From Eledone cirrhosa (taxonomy: Eukaryota), in the NCBI GenBank assembly GCA_964016885.1, contig OZ024742.1:191642001-191706000 (forward strand): a DNA stretch of 64,000 nucleotides, written 5' to 3'. Under the pieces are notes generated by a model, which worked only from the letters and a program-made list of their open reading frames with translations, made no database searches and was not told the origin of the DNA. Every line of letters starts with the position of its first letter. The stretch's first letter is position 1. Made by a program: the position numbers and the translations under genes. This document shows positions 1-15,869 of the stretch, piece after piece.

Positions 1-107
1 TGTGTGTGTGTATACGTGTGCGTGTGTATGTATATATATATATATGTATATATACGTGTGTGTGTGTATGTATATATATATGCATACAGACAGGATGTTT
101 ATGAGAG

Positions 108-158
<51 letters not shown>

Positions 159-781
159 AACATGAATTTATATACGTACATATATATTTATATATGTGTG
201 AGTATGCGTGTATTAAAGTGGGCGCCAGCAAACTCTACTTTGCCGCACAGGGGCTTTGATTCTAAAACTATGTGGTAGTCAAGTGCACTATTTAACCATG
301 CAGCCATACCTGTGCCTCTAATGCGCAGTATGTTTACTTTGATTGAATTTATATAAAAATTTAATCCGTTTTTTTTTTTCTCCCATTGAATTTACGATAA
401 TCTTTTGTTTCTCTTGTGTTGCGCCTCTAACAAAGTTTTTAAAAACTGTTTTCGTTCTAATTCTCGCTTTAAGTTTGTTTCATTGATTTGTACAATTTCT
501 TCGCTGTAAATTTTTTCAGTCATTTCTCTACAAAGGTGTACGATATTTTATTGTATTTTTGTTATTATTATTCATTAATTTGTCCTTTCCTGTTTCTTTT
601 TTTTGTAATATTTCACTTAATATTGTTCTTATATTCATTTAATTGTCATTGTTGATCACAAGCAGCGGCTTGTTTTTCGTCTTAACCATGCCACTATACA
701 GGGCACACTCAACGAAACTAAACAGAATGCATGCCTATACATATTCGCATATATATATATATACTAAACCTTTGCGTGTTC

Positions 782-838
<57 letters not shown>

Positions 839-875
839 TATGTATATATATACATATATGTATATAAATAAATAA

Positions 876-911
<36 letters not shown>

Positions 912-947
912 GTGAAAGCAGCGATTCTTTGCTTAAACTTTAATCTG

Positions 948-1585
<638 letters not shown>

Positions 1586-2003
1586 TAGGAACGTGCATAC
1601 GTATAAACACACACTTCCCCCCCCCCCACACACACACGTGTGTGAATGTATATACATTATATCTGTAATGAAGACAATCAAATCAAGAAAATGTAAGGCA
1701 CCATAATTTGATTAGTCGGTGAATACAAAAAGAATTTCATTAATTTGTTTAATAATAATTAGATAGACTGATGATGTTTTTGGTCTTATTTCTTTGTAGC
1801 TGTTATATATTTTTTGCTGCTTGTTCCTTATTACCTCTCCACACACAAACGCTCACACACTTGCCTCCCTTTTATGCTTTGATCATCTGCTACTCCATTG
1901 TATAGAAATGCGTGGTTGCTTACTACCTTGATACTATATAATAATAAAAATAATATCAGCGTCTCTGTGTGCGTGAATAGAAATAAGTTTAGGTATATGT
2001 ATG

Positions 2004-2106
<103 letters not shown>

Positions 2107-2171
2107 GAAGAAAGAGAGATAGTCGTGAAAGAAACTCATATATGTGGATACATATATATTTTTATGTGTTA

Positions 2172-2210
<39 letters not shown>

Positions 2211-2211
2211 T

Positions 2212-2303
<92 letters not shown>

Positions 2304-3347
2304 CACAAATACCTTTCAATATCTGATTACATCCTACTCATATTTCTGACGTATATATTAACCATTGTTGTACCATTTTGTTCGTTTACAACTATGTATT
2401 CTCTGGCATGCTCTATATTGTTTGAAATATCTCCTTTTAATTCATATCTGGTGTTACTATTAGGAAATCTCGCATTTACGTAACATTCTCAAGTATCCAA
2501 GTTTTTCTAACCAAATTGTAAGGAGGTACCTATCTTCTTATTTCACAAGTGTAAATATCCATGTATTTTTAGTACATCGCTTTTGCAATGATGTAAGTTA
2601 CGGCCCTGACCTATTGGCTCTTTACCAGAGATCAACATCAAATCAATATGGTATCTGGAAGATACATTATCATTTGGAATATAGTATATATTCTAGTTTT
2701 ACTAAATATTGCTACAGATAAGTTTATTTCTATAGTTAACTTAATGTTTTGTTCTTTGCAGACAATCCCACCTGTTTAGTAATCAATTATGTATTTAGAT
2801 ATTCCCACTTCTTTCAAACCAAACACAACGTATTTAAAATGATTATATATCGAATTGTGATATTCGATTCCTTCGCCAAATTAAGTAAATTTACGTTTGA
2901 TGACTTTTACCCCACCCCCACCCCCATCCCACCACACACACACACACACACACATACACACACACACATGTACATACACACAGGCACGAGGTGTGTGCTA
3001 CAAAAAAACAGAAAGAGATCCCAGTTAAATAAGTTATTAGAATATATGAGGTAGAGAATATAAATGGTTTATTTCTAATAGAATTTACGTCTGCAGAACT
3101 TAAACCATTTCATTAATTTGGAGATGATTTCAAACGAATGAAATAATTCTAAAACTGCAGAACATATGTTCATCTAAAATAAATTATGTATATGTATATA
3201 TACCTATATATATATATAAATGGAAATGTACGTATGGGTTTACCAAACATTAACTACAATGTTCGGTTTGTTTGTAAACAAACAGCCCGAATCACGTCAT
3301 ACAGTGCTCGGCAACCATCGTCGCCCTTTTTCAACACTGACACAGGA

Positions 3348-3390
3348 ACAATGTACTAGTTTCAAGCTTATTAGCTATCGTCAGCATCGT
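3348..3390 (-). ncRNA. Minimal type I hammerhead ribozyme motif, intact core
   Basis: Minus strand reads ACGATG-CTGACGA-TAGCT-AATA-AGCTT-GAAAC-TAG-TA-CATTGT: stem I, CUGANGA, stem II, GAAA, palindromic CTAG stem III, GUA cleavage triplet. Lies in a repeat (~3220-3400) whose inverted relative is at ~26640-26815. Confidence 0.75.
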
Positions 3391-3736
3391 ATACCTTTCT
3401 GTCACATGATTGAGCGTTTGAAAGTATATACTTTCCTTATGCATATTAACGGCTGAGCACCCTAATTTGCATATCGAGTGAGTTAATCGGCCGGGCGTAC
3501 CGAAAACGATAAATGCAAAAGAATGAAACGAAATTTCATTTCTCACTCTTAGTACGGCTGATACCTAAATATAAGTATGTATACGTACATACATATATGT
3601 GTACATATGTATACATATGTGTACACGTAGATACATAGATATATATATACGTAGATACATATATATATACATGTCTGTATATATATATATATACATACTA
3701 CTGTACGTATGTACACATATATGTATGTACGTATAC

Positions 3737-3803
<67 letters not shown>

Positions 3804-3810
3804 TATATAC

Positions 3811-3872
<62 letters not shown>

Positions 3873-3875
3873 GTA

Positions 3876-3930
<55 letters not shown>

Positions 3931-4110
3931 GATCAATGCAACCAATATCTGAACACTGCCATAAATCTCACTAACTATCTAATGTGTCTGCCCTGCAATG
4001 AAACATGCAGTCAATCAACTACACATTTGTTATCTCATTTAACGTGTGAGCTAAGTCCGGAGGTCATTAAAGTAATTTCGGTAACTTTAGTAATCTCTCT
4101 CATCTCTCTC

Positions 4111-4668
<558 letters not shown>

Positions 4669-4682
4669 CTTATATATATATA

Positions 4683-5459
4683 TATAGTTTTGCGAGGTTT
4701 TTTATATGAAATCGTGTGTCGAAACGAATATTGTTATACTTGGGGAGGGTCATATTGTTGTAATAATATTACCAGAATTAATAACAGAACACACTCACTG
4801 TTTGGTTGGTTTTTGCTTCTGTATATTTTATATCAGTTAATTTATTCGGTCCTCAATGTTTACCATTGACTGACCAACGGTAAAAAATACAGATATTATA
4901 TAGACACAAACACATATATATAGTCTTACAATGTCCTTTCGTCTGCAACATCGTCAGTGGTGCTATTATGTTTCCTCCTGTTGTATTGTATGTCTACGCC
5001 ATCTTTATTTAATAAAGATGGCGTAGACATACAATACAGGAGTGGGACACATAATAACACCACTGATGATGTTGCAGATGTGCAATGAAAGAACTTTGTA
5101 AGACTATATATATGTGTTGTGTCTAACACACACAAAAACAAGACGGCGTAGGACAGAATAAAGGAGAGGTACAAAACAAAGAAAAGAATCCCAGTCACTG
5201 AAGAGGTCACAGAATGTGTGACGAAAGAACTTTGACAATATATGAACAAATGAACAACCGTCCGGTTATGGAACCAACCAACCAACCAACCAACCAACTG
5301 AAAATAAAAAAAATAAAAATTTATTTATAATAAATTGGAGTGAAAGCAACTGGTGCGTGTGCTTCTTATTGGTAACATGACCCTCCCCCCAAAGTATAAC
5401 AATGTCTGTTTCAACACACGTTTTCAGATGAAGTATCTTGCTAAACAAATTCAGAAACG

Positions 5460-5460
<1 letters not shown>
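4683..5460 (+). mobile_element. Penelope-like pLTR cluster (inverted tail, hairpin 4921-5106, sense pLTR with HHR 5194-5236)
   Basis: Shares terminal sequence (CATGACCCTCCC...TATAACAAT...TTTCAACACACG...TTCAGA...CTTGCTAAACAAATTCAGAAACGA) and HHR GTCA-CTGAAGA-GGTCAC...GTGAC-GAAAG..CTT-TGAC with the GIY-YIG element at 56540-57617. Flanked by (TA)n. Confidence 0.75.
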
Positions 5461-5490
<30 letters not shown>

Positions 5491-5494
<4 letters not shown>

Positions 5495-6837
5495 TAAAGC
5501 TGACGGCCGTATGTATGTATCAACGTATGTAACAAACTTTTTGCCAAACGGCTGGATCAAAGGCATCAAATTTGCACCATAGATGTAAGATTTTCCAAGG
5601 AAGAAAGTGAGGGTATTTTTCTCTACTAAATTTCGTTATTCTTCATTAGAGATATTTTATTGTTTATTTAAAGATTCACTTCTTTAAAATGTTGTCAACA
5701 CTTCCAGTTAGCGATCGCTTAAATAAACATTCATTGGCCAAACGGCTGGACCAAACGGCTCCAAATGTGTAACATAGATATAACTTTTTCCAAGGTACTT
5801 TATTATATATATATATGGATGCCGTAGAACACGCCAATGGTCTATTTATTGAATGAAATCGATAGAGCTGGCCTTTCTCATCTTTCCATATAGGCGGCAT
5901 ACAGATTAGAACCCCGAATCTCACTAAACAACAAAATGCCCCCTTTGACCTTTTGATTCACACGCGTGCAATCACATTTTAACTGAAGCCAATCACTATC
6001 AGTCATGATTGACCCCTCATAACTTCATTGGTTATTCGATTTCTATGCGTCAGCCTCCCCTGAATAACACCTATATAAAGAGCAAACATGACCCTGTTCG
6101 AACAATCACTGTTACTGCCAATATGCCACCCAAAATGTCACGGCCTGGCCGCAAGATCCGATTTTCCAGAAGAAAAAATGTTACTAGAACAGCAGAGTGT
6201 GAAGATGATCATGAACGTCGCCTTCAGCAGATGAGGACTCATGCAAGAACCAGTCGAGCAGACCTGTCTCAAGAGTAGTGCTAGTCTCGCCTTCAGCAAC
6301 TGAGGACTCATACGAGAACCAGCCACTAGCCTTTCATTCAGACTTACATAGAAAGTAGAGAGGGGCATGTTTACTGGAGGGGGAAATATAGGTCAGTGAG
6401 GTTCATGCTGGCAACAATGGGGAGCATGAAGACAATCAAGCAGCGTGTTGACGCATTCAACCGAAATCACCACTATATTCCTTGCTACGTTAATTGCAGG
6501 CCCAGCCGGATAGCGCCTGGCGGTAGGCCTGCATCAGATCTTTTAGACAGCCCTCAACAACAGTGCGACAATAGCAGGATTGTGGCAAAACTAATGGGCC
6601 AACACAGTTGTAACTTTTACCACGGAATCGAGTGATTATAGTCTTTGAGCAATCCAGTGGTGGTGGTGGTGGTATTTTTCACGCGTCAGAAATGAGTCAC
6701 CACAATAGCTACCCCCTTGATACGGACTAGGACAAACAATGTGACTTAAGAGGGCGTGCACTGGAGTGGAGGGGGGCTTCTTTAAAAGATTAAATGCCGG
6801 TATACCTAGTCGGTTGCCAGCCGGACGGGCCAACTTG
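5491..6837 (+). mobile_element. Non-autonomous/truncated Helitron-like element
   Basis: Starts in (TA)n with TTAATAAAGCTG and a (GTAT)n tract; internal duplicated AAACGGCTGGA..AAA motif; short ORF with repeated ERRLQQMRTH..TS units (6122-6330) like Helitron N-terminal repeats; ends in a GC-rich imperfect hairpin followed by CTTG|T (degenerate CTAG). Confidence 0.5.
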
Positions 6838-7517
6838 TATGTATATATATATATATAATACTTCGCTATAATACTAAATCTGTATTTTTTATTCAAGGTG
6901 CAAATCGTGCTATTGTAAGATTTAATTATTGTAAAGAGTTATATAGCATGGAAGAATCTTCGAAACATATCTGACTACTTGTGGTACATTATGTTCGTCC
7001 AGTCAGTTCTGACATCACTGAACTATTTCAAAATCATACTGAAATTAATAGTAGATGTGATAGCAAGGGATATGTTCAAACAATTACCATTTTTCTCTTG
7101 AACTCTACACATCTTCTCTTTAATCTGTAATTACTTCTTGCTGAAATATCGATATATCTGAAGTAAAACAAGAATAAACATTAAGTGAACATAATTTAAA
7201 AGGTGAGACAGAGTTACAGAAATAATATTAGTTGAACAACACATGCATTGTACGGCTTTCTATACATACGCACTTTTCCTTTTCATATTCCGCATTGCTT
7301 CCAGCAAATTATCACAACTTACTATACATATACATGTATAACTATATATATATACGAAAATTATATTTCATTCCAAGTAAATCGTGTTGGTTGAGCAAGC
7401 AATCGACTGGCTGAGATGTAATCAGACGTAAACACTCCAGGAAGAGTGTGTCATAAGGTATTACCTATATGGTTTCAGACGGAGAGTCAATAGCATGGTA
7501 TGTATATATATATATAT

Positions 7518-7704
7518 AACAAAGGAATTGTGGTAAGGAACCAGATGGACCATAACGCACCAGAATACTCAATACTTAGGGTAGTAGAGTGGGAAATAGG
7601 AAAAAGTATGACGCCGACGGCAGAGCTCAAGCCGTTTCGACGGCTATTTCTGGTCCAGAAATAGCCGTCGAAACGGCTTGAGCTCTGCCGTCAGGGTCAT
7701 ACTT

Positions 7705-7708
<4 letters not shown>
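7518..7708. mobile_element. Fold-back insert (palindrome 7600-7708, centre 7654) with 3' half of an HHR
   Basis: Near-perfect inverted arms with 1-nt spacer; contains GAAACGGC-TTGAGCTCT-GCCGTC. Family members at 11221-11425, 12207-12370, 22866-22909, 43700-43845, 45128-45270. Confidence 0.75.
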
Positions 7709-7740
<32 letters not shown>

Positions 7741-7867
7741 TTTTTCCTATATATATATATATATATGCGACGAAATGTCAATGATGGTTGGCAAATCACT
7801 GACGAAGGACAAATGTTATCATATGTAACCCATGTGCAACCACGCATTATTATTCTTTCTTCTCATG

Positions 7868-7907
<40 letters not shown>

Positions 7908-8253
7908 TATAATACATTATCGGAGAAAGCTTTTTAGCGATACTCCGGCCAAATTCCAACTCACTCAACAAACATTAGGAAATAAGTGAGTATATTCCTA
8001 ATTATGCGTTCGGGGTGCTAACTAAATGTATTGTGTGGAAAATTGGCTGTATTATTTCATATGAGACATATCGAATATATCTCTTCCCAGGCGGACGTCT
8101 CGTTTCATTATAGGATTCCTACAATTTGGGTGAAATTATACCAATTTATGTAGGAGCTTGTATACGATCAACAGATATATATTCATATATATATATATAT
8201 ATATACATATATATATGTATATGTATATATACATATATATATATATGTATATA

Positions 8254-8416
<163 letters not shown>

Positions 8417-8424
8417 ATTAGATA

Positions 8425-8473
<49 letters not shown>

Positions 8474-8492
8474 CTTTCTATTGTTCATTCTA

Positions 8493-8528
8493 TCTTTTGG
8501 TGAAGATATAATGTCCGAAACGTAAAGA
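8493..8528 (+). ncRNA. Degenerate minimal HHR motif
   Basis: TCTT-TTGGTGA-AGATATAATGTCC-GAAAC-GTA-AAGA; stem I intact, core mutated. Confidence 0.4.
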
Positions 8529-8684
8529 CACCTTTCCTCCTATACCAAGCGCTGAGCTGATACAATTATTCGTTGAACTATATTGTTTACGGTAAGTTTC
8601 TGCATATACGTACACACAGACGCACACACACAGACGCACACACACACACACAGATATATATATGTGTACATATATATATATATT

Positions 8685-8997
8685 TGCATATTCACACATA
8701 AGTTTGAATAATCCCTGATATATTTCCACTATCCAGTGAATTTCCAACCGATAAGGTATGATTTTCATGGGAATGTCTCTATTTATAAAACAAACTTTGT
8801 ATTTTATCTGATGAAAGCGTACCAATGTTTTCTTGGTACCCTTGAAACATATATAAAAAAATAAATATGGTTTTATGAATATAGTTTCCATTTATTTAAT
8901 ATCATTGAATATTTACTCCAGTATTTTGTTGAGTGCTCTAAATCAATTATAAACATTTATGTTTGTCGGACTTCCAACAAATTCAATACCACTTCTA

Positions 8998-8998
<1 letters not shown>
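8685..8998 (+). mobile_element. PLE pLTR fragment with HHR at 8801-8862
   Basis: ATTTTAT-CTGATGA-AAGCGTACCAA-TGTTTTC-TTGGTACCCTT-GAAA-CATATATA-AAAAAAT; homologous to 53090-53321 and, inverted, to 32935-33150 and 51064-51190. Confidence 0.7.
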
Positions 8999-9038
<40 letters not shown>

Positions 9039-9043
<5 letters not shown>

Positions 9044-9260
9044 GGGGTGAAGAAAAAATGGCTTCACTTGTGCTTTCAACAAATTTATTTTCTTCACAAA
9101 ATCCAAAAAGAATTTTTCTTAAAAAAAATTATTTTATAAATTAAGTTGTTGGTTGTTGGTTATAAAATAATTATTTTTAAGAAAAATTCTTTTTGGATTT
9201 TGTGAAGAAAATAAATTTGTTGAAAGCACAAGTGAAGCCATTTTTTCTTCCCCCCTGTCT
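9039..9260. repeat. ~220-bp fold-back/MITE-like palindrome abutting (TA)n
   Basis: AGACAGGGG...ATTATTTTATAA arm is the near-perfect reverse complement of 9160-9260; short GTT-rich spacer. Confidence 0.85.
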
Positions 9261-9296
9261 TAATATACCTAACTGTACCAAGGATTACACACATTT

Positions 9297-9344
<48 letters not shown>

Positions 9345-9471
9345 TCATCTGTAGAAGAGCACATAACATAAACATATAGAACATTTCTCCTCGATTATTT
9401 TTCTATTGCCAACAGGTGTAGTTCTCGTTTCTAACGTTTATTGAATTATTGATGAAATGGCTTACAATGGA

Positions 9472-9472
9472 A

Positions 9473-9516
<44 letters not shown>

Positions 9517-9663
9517 GTACTGCTGCTACTGCTGCTGTTGCTACTACTACTACCACCACCACTACCATCGCCACTACTACTACCACCACCACCACTACCA
9601 CCATCACTACCATCACCACTACTACTACCACCACCACCACTACCACAATATTACTACTATTAC
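9472..9663. repeat. (CTA)n/(CCA)n trinucleotide tract
   Basis: Directly visible; source of the poly-L/P and poly-V ORFs. Confidence 0.95.
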
Positions 9664-9933
9664 TGGCGATTACTAAAATCTCATTAGCATTGTTAAGTCA
9701 TTGATTTTTTATCGATAAAATTCCAGTCTTTGTAGATTAAACATGTAGACAGAGGCCATACATACTAGCTTCAATCGCCCACCTTAAACTTGTTAATTTG
9801 ATTGGTTGGTATATCCACACAGAATTTCTGCGAGGTGTAGACTGCTATACAATGAAGTCAATTCTTCAGGCTTCAATATTCATTTCAAATTTTTTTTTTC
9901 ATTTATTTTAGTATAAATGTCTCGGTTTCTTTC

Positions 9934-10016
<83 letters not shown>

Positions 10017-10616
10017 GAATTACAATTTAGCTTCAGGCATAGTTGTATACAGATATGTATTGGAATTTCGTATTTCAGAAGCAATACGCTATTTTAAAAA
10101 CAAACATATGGAGAGCCGTGGCTATGTCCAAACGCCAGCGACTAACGCTGTCTGGCGATGTCCAGCAGAAGTATGGGGGACAATCGTGAATGCGCATTTC
10201 GAACTGAACTTGATCTCATCAGCACGATCCCTCCCACACTTGCAACTGCTGGACTTTGAAAACAGGCGAGAAAATATATATGCGCGCGTGCGCATTTTTC
10301 TGTGTGTGTCTTTGTTTTTTTGTGTGTGTGTATTATTCTTTAATCATTGTGGATTGACTTTATAGAAGATCCGTGTGGATCACCGAGCAGTCAAAATGAC
10401 ACCTGAGAAAATATCCACATCCAAGCTCTGCCTAAATATCATATAACGCGGAAGATTACGAAGTGGTGACTGCAATCCTAAATCAAAAGAAATGTCTTTA
10501 GTGCCTTAGATGAAAATATGAATGATGAAACGTGAGTCACAACGGAGAAAAAAGTGGATATAATCGAAATTAGGTTTTCGTGATAATCGTTAATATTTGA
10601 ACATTTTAAATAATCT

Positions 10617-10689
<73 letters not shown>

Positions 10690-10890
10690 GGAGGTGAGTT
10701 TTATTGTAGTACAATAAAGCAATGCATATGTTGATTTAAAACTGAACTATCCACAAGTGTTTTTTTAGCCTTCATATCATGTCCTCCTGTTTTATCTGTG
10801 ATGAAAACACAAATATTATTGCAAGATGATATTTGTTTTTGAAATGCGCATAATAAAATACATGGAACTCCTTTAACCATCTTTTGTTCT

Positions 10891-10944
<54 letters not shown>

Positions 10945-10946
10945 GT

Positions 10947-11125
10947 AAAAGGTAAACAGAAATAACAACACAATCGGTAAAGTATAAGGAAGGGATAAAA
11001 TTAGGTTAACGCTTGATATAGAAGGAAGAGGGTTTTAACGTTTCGGACGCTAGTCCTTCATCAGAAGAAAGAATGAGAAATAAGATAGATTGAGGGCACG
11101 GGTGGGTTGGAATTGGAAAAAAATG
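10947..11125 (-). mobile_element. PLE pLTR-like fragment with HHR at ~11033-11068
   Basis: Minus strand CTT-CTGATGA-AGGAC-TAGC-GTCC-GAAAC-GTT-AAAA; diverged direct copy at ~14880-15055 with mutated core. Confidence 0.7.
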
Positions 11126-11220
11126 TCATTAGATAAAAATAACAGGGCCATTCATGTTGACATCTCTTGCAAACTGTTGGTGCTGGCGTTTTGTGTATGA
11201 TTTATTTTTTTAGAATCTAC

Positions 11221-11425
11221 AACAAGGAACAAGGAGCATGTGGTAAGATACCAGGTGGACTATAACGCACCATAGTACTCAATAATTGGGGTAGTAGAAT
11301 GGGTAGTATGAAAGGAGTCAGGGGTTCCTGACTCCTTCCCTATTACCCATTCTACTACTCTATGTATTAAGTACTTTTGTGCGTTTTGGTCCACCTGGTA
11401 TCTTATCACATTCTCTTTGTTCTTT
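11221..11425. mobile_element. Diverged ~200-bp fold-back insert
   Basis: TGTGGTAAGATACCAGGTGGAC...AGGAGTCAGG pairs with CCTGACTCCT...GTCCACCTGGTATCTTATCACA; centre ~11322. Confidence 0.8.
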
Positions 11426-11620
11426 AGCTTCTACTTCCGTAGTGGAGCACTCTTCGAAACATACCACACTGAAGTACTTGCACTACTACCAAACTCCTGT
11501 TTCTTATTAGAATGTTAACCCACCTTGCATAAACATACAATCAACTTTTCGACGAAGAACACCACTGTTCCACAGAGAAAGCTATATCAACGGTCGCTCA
11601 CTTGGGGTCCTGACTAATTT

Positions 11621-11659
<39 letters not shown>

Positions 11660-11978
11660 TTATATCACCTTGATCACCCTGACCGACCAGTCTGTCAGCG
11701 CCAATCGGCGGCGCTGGTCAAATCACGTCGTGCTGATTTAGCCATAAGATAACGCCATCCCACTGGCTGGGCGGGCAGGCCGATACTCATTTCTACAGCT
11801 GAGTAAACTGGAGCAATGTGAAATAATGTGTCTTGTTCAAGGAAACAACACATCACCCGTCATATGACTCCAGTTCCTCAGTGTATTTACAACCCAACAA
11901 GGAACTGGGCATATCAGAGTATTGACAATATTATACACCTAAACAACATATGTACTTGTCTATACCATACTAATTCAA

Positions 11979-12033
11979 ACTGCCTGAAGAGGTCACAGCC
12001 AAAGATGGCTGTCACTGAAATATATATAGCAGT
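11979..12033 (+). ncRNA. Minimal type I hammerhead ribozyme motif, intact core
   Basis: ACTGC-CTGAAGA-GGTCACAGCC-AAAGAT-GGCTGTCACT-GAAA-TATATA-TA-GCAGT; 5-bp stem I, long stem II with one mismatch, palindromic stem III. Confidence 0.75.
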
Positions 12034-12175
12034 AATAAACGAAGCTAAATTTTAATCATTTGACTTTTATTTAACTTTATTTTACACTACTCCGGAGTAA
12101 CCAAACCAACCTGCGCACTTCGTCGAGTGCTCTAGCCTGCATACTGAGGTGTTGGTATACAACCAACATAAACTC

Positions 12176-12206
<31 letters not shown>

Positions 12207-12208
<2 letters not shown>

Positions 12209-12328
12209 GAACGAGTAGGACCCCGACGGCTGAGCCCAAGCCGTTTCGACGGCTAATTCTGGACTAATTAGTCCAGAATTAGCCGTCGAAACGGCTTGAA
12301 CTCAGCTGTCGGGGTCCTACTCGTTCCT
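12207..12328. mobile_element. Zero-spacer palindrome (61-bp arms) with HHR 3' half
   Basis: Centre GGACTAA|TTAGTCC at 12267/12268; few mismatches; same family as 7518-7708. Confidence 0.85.
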
Positions 12329-12459
12329 ATTACCCACTCTACTATCCTAAGTATTGAATACTTTTGTGCATAAATATACTCCAAATACTTGTTGAGTGCT
12401 TTTATATCAGTTATAAATATTTACTCGTTGTTAACCCAACAATTTAAATATAACTTCCC

Positions 12460-12495
<36 letters not shown>

Positions 12496-12703
12496 AGATA
12501 AAAACGACAAACTTTCGTTTACATGTATTTTTCTATTTGTATTGTGTATTAATCTGTTACGTGCGTTTCACAGAAGATTAGAGGATTGGTTGAGGGTCAG
12601 CAATAGAAGTTATGAACTCGATACAATTATCGATCTGATTTTCAGTCTGGCAAGCCAACAATATATATATATATACATGTGTGTGTGTGTGGGGGGGGGG
12701 GTA

Positions 12704-12811
<108 letters not shown>

Positions 12812-13789
12812 CATATCTATGAGCTTGTGCACAATTTTTGTCTACTGCACACGCCATCAGTTATGACCAAGTGGTTACCCATAAAGACATCAGAAAAAAA
12901 GAAGAGAAACCACGGGGGTTTTGGTAGTGACTTCTTTTGAAATTTCCAAAATGGCTATTTCAAAAATAAACAAATAAAATTGGCAACAATCTCTACAATT
13001 TATGGTTGAATATATAGGGATGAAAATGTCTGATATCATGCGTCACCAAACCCTTTCCCTACTTACTACAATGAAGGAGGTGATGGTCACTCATAAGAAT
13101 GAGTCCCTCGAGCTGCACTTGTTGTTACAGCACATTGCTACTTTATCCTTCGGTGTGACGCATGCGTAATTCGATCTGCCACGACATTAAGGCAACAACC
13201 ATTCGATGTTTAGCAATGGACATCAGATGGTATCGTTATGAATTGTTTTGATTTTTTTCTCTCTCTTAAATGTTGCACAGTTTTCGGTTAGGCTCAGTCG
13301 AATGATTAATCTGTGTCAACATATTGTATATGAGTTCATACCTCCTTTTATCATGAATCACGCTGTGTGACTTGATATCTAATTTAATATACACTACAGG
13401 AATTGATGGAGTCAAAGATTTGACTGTGGAAATATAACCACACACAAAAAAAAAAAAAAACCTACAAAATGGTGTAGAATGGGCGAATAAACCTATTGCG
13501 TTCATTTTTAAATTACTGTGCCCTACCAAATTATAGCAGTAGAAGTAATGCATAGATTGTGTGTGAGTGTGTGTGTGAATATATATACATATGTGTATAT
13601 GTGTTATTTTATTGCAGTGAGATATTTTACTTGCTAATATTGATTTTTGTTAGGGATTTTTAAATTAAAAAAATATGAAAGGATTTATTATTGGTGGTGT
13701 TCTATATTGTGTTGATGGTGGAGATAGTGATGTTGTTGCTCGTGGTAGCGTTAGCTTTGCTGCTGCATGTTGTGACGGGAGTTACAGGT

Positions 13790-14140
13790 GACATTTGTGG
13801 AGGTGGTGATGGTGAAAGTGGCGGCGGCGACGACGGCGGCGGTGGCGGCGGTGACGGCGGCGTCGGGGGAGGTAATGGTGACATTGCCAGCGATGATAGT
13901 CGTGTTGGGGGGATGCTAGTAGTAATATAGCTGCAGTTGGTTGTATTGGCGATGACGTTAGTAGTGGTGGCCGTGGTGGTATTTACACTAATAACACACG
14001 GCTGCTGCTAGTTCTAGCTGCTGTTGCCGGTATTGGTGTTGATGGTATTGGTGTTGATGGTAGTAGTGGTGGTGGTGGTGGTGGTGGTGGTGGTGGTGGT
14101 GATGATGGTGATGGTGTTGGTGTTGGTGGCGGTGGCGGTA
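13790..14140. repeat. (GGT/GGC/GAT)n low-complexity tract
   Basis: Directly visible; explains poly-G/poly-P ORFs. Confidence 0.9.
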
Positions 14141-14522
14141 TCGATAGCAGAGGTTGGCTGATATTAGAGGTGCAAATACCGTTTATGTTAGTTTGATGTG
14201 CGTGGTTGAATAGGAATTTGAAGAGGTTAGCAAGGACACGAGTTTGTAAGTTGAATATGATATAGCAAGGCAATATTGGTTTGTGAGTGCAGTGTGAATG
14301 GAGGAAGGAAGAAGCGGGGGAAAAAGAATAGACGGATGTAGAGGCAGAGATGAAACGATGTAGAAGAAGGGAATGTATATAAAGGAGAAAGCAGGAAGAA
14401 AAATATTTTTTTCTATAAAGAAGTAAAAACGAAAGTAAATATGAAATTGAATATATATAGTTGAGTTTGTGTATTTATGTATGTATGTATGTATGTATGT
14501 ATGTATGTTTATATATATATAT

Positions 14523-14571
<49 letters not shown>

Positions 14572-14635
14572 GATATACGCGTGTATTTGTGTACATTATA
14601 TGTATGTATGTTTATTTATATATATATATATATAT

Positions 14636-14710
<75 letters not shown>

Positions 14711-14762
14711 CATAGATATACGCGTGTATTTGTGTACATTATATGTATGTATGTGTATAAAT

Positions 14763-14867
<105 letters not shown>

Positions 14868-15119
14868 TTGTTTGTTTGTAAAAGGTAAACAGAGATAACA
14901 ACAGAATCGGTACAGTATATGGAAGGAATATATGAGGTTAACATTTGAAATAGCAGAAAGAGTGTCTTAACTTTTCGGACGCTAGTCCGTCATCCAAAGA
15001 AAGAATGAGAAATTAGATAGATTGAAGAGACGGGTGAGGTGGATTTGGAAATAAAAAAGAAAAAAGAAAATATATATATACATTGGGTGAACTTACAGTA
15101 ATTCCACATTTCACTCCGT

Positions 15120-15157
<38 letters not shown>

Positions 15158-15159
<2 letters not shown>

Positions 15160-15348
15160 ATTGCTTCGACTTTTGGCACAAGGCCAGCAATTACCCAGTG
15201 TATTACTGGTATTTTTTTTTATCGACCCCGTAAGAATGAAAGGCAAAGTTAACCTCGACGGGATTTGAACTCAGAATGGCAAGGGCCGTAACTCAATGCG
15301 TCAAACATGGCGTCCGAATCTCTACAGACACTACCAATCCACCGCCCT
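15158..15348 (-). mobile_element. tRNA-derived SINE, family 1
   Basis: Reverse complement of the family consensus: A-box-like TGGCAGTATCGGTAG, B box GAGTTCAAATCC, core TTTGCCTTTCATCCTTACGGGGTCGATAAAATAAAGTACCAG, tail GCTGGCCTTGTGCC. Confidence 0.85.
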
Positions 15349-15572
15349 CTATATATAGTAATAATAATAAATGTGAAGAGTAAAATCCAAAGAGGGCTCG
15401 ATAAGGATAAATATATATCAAATATATAAGAATCGTAGAGCAAATATTTATTAAAATTACAGATTAAAGTTCAAGCAAAGAATCGTTACTTTCACCCTTA
15501 ACGGGATCTTCTGAAACTCATTTATGTACGTATATATATATGTATGTATATATGTATATATATATATATCTC

Positions 15573-15701
<129 letters not shown>

Positions 15702-15704
15702 TTA

Positions 15705-15738
<34 letters not shown>

Positions 15739-15869
15739 CATATATACATACATATATATACGTACATAAATGTATTATACATATATATTATTAACAGATT
15801 AAAGTTTAAGCAAAGAATCGCTGCTTTCAATTTTATTATTATTACTATATATATACACATATTTTGTGT

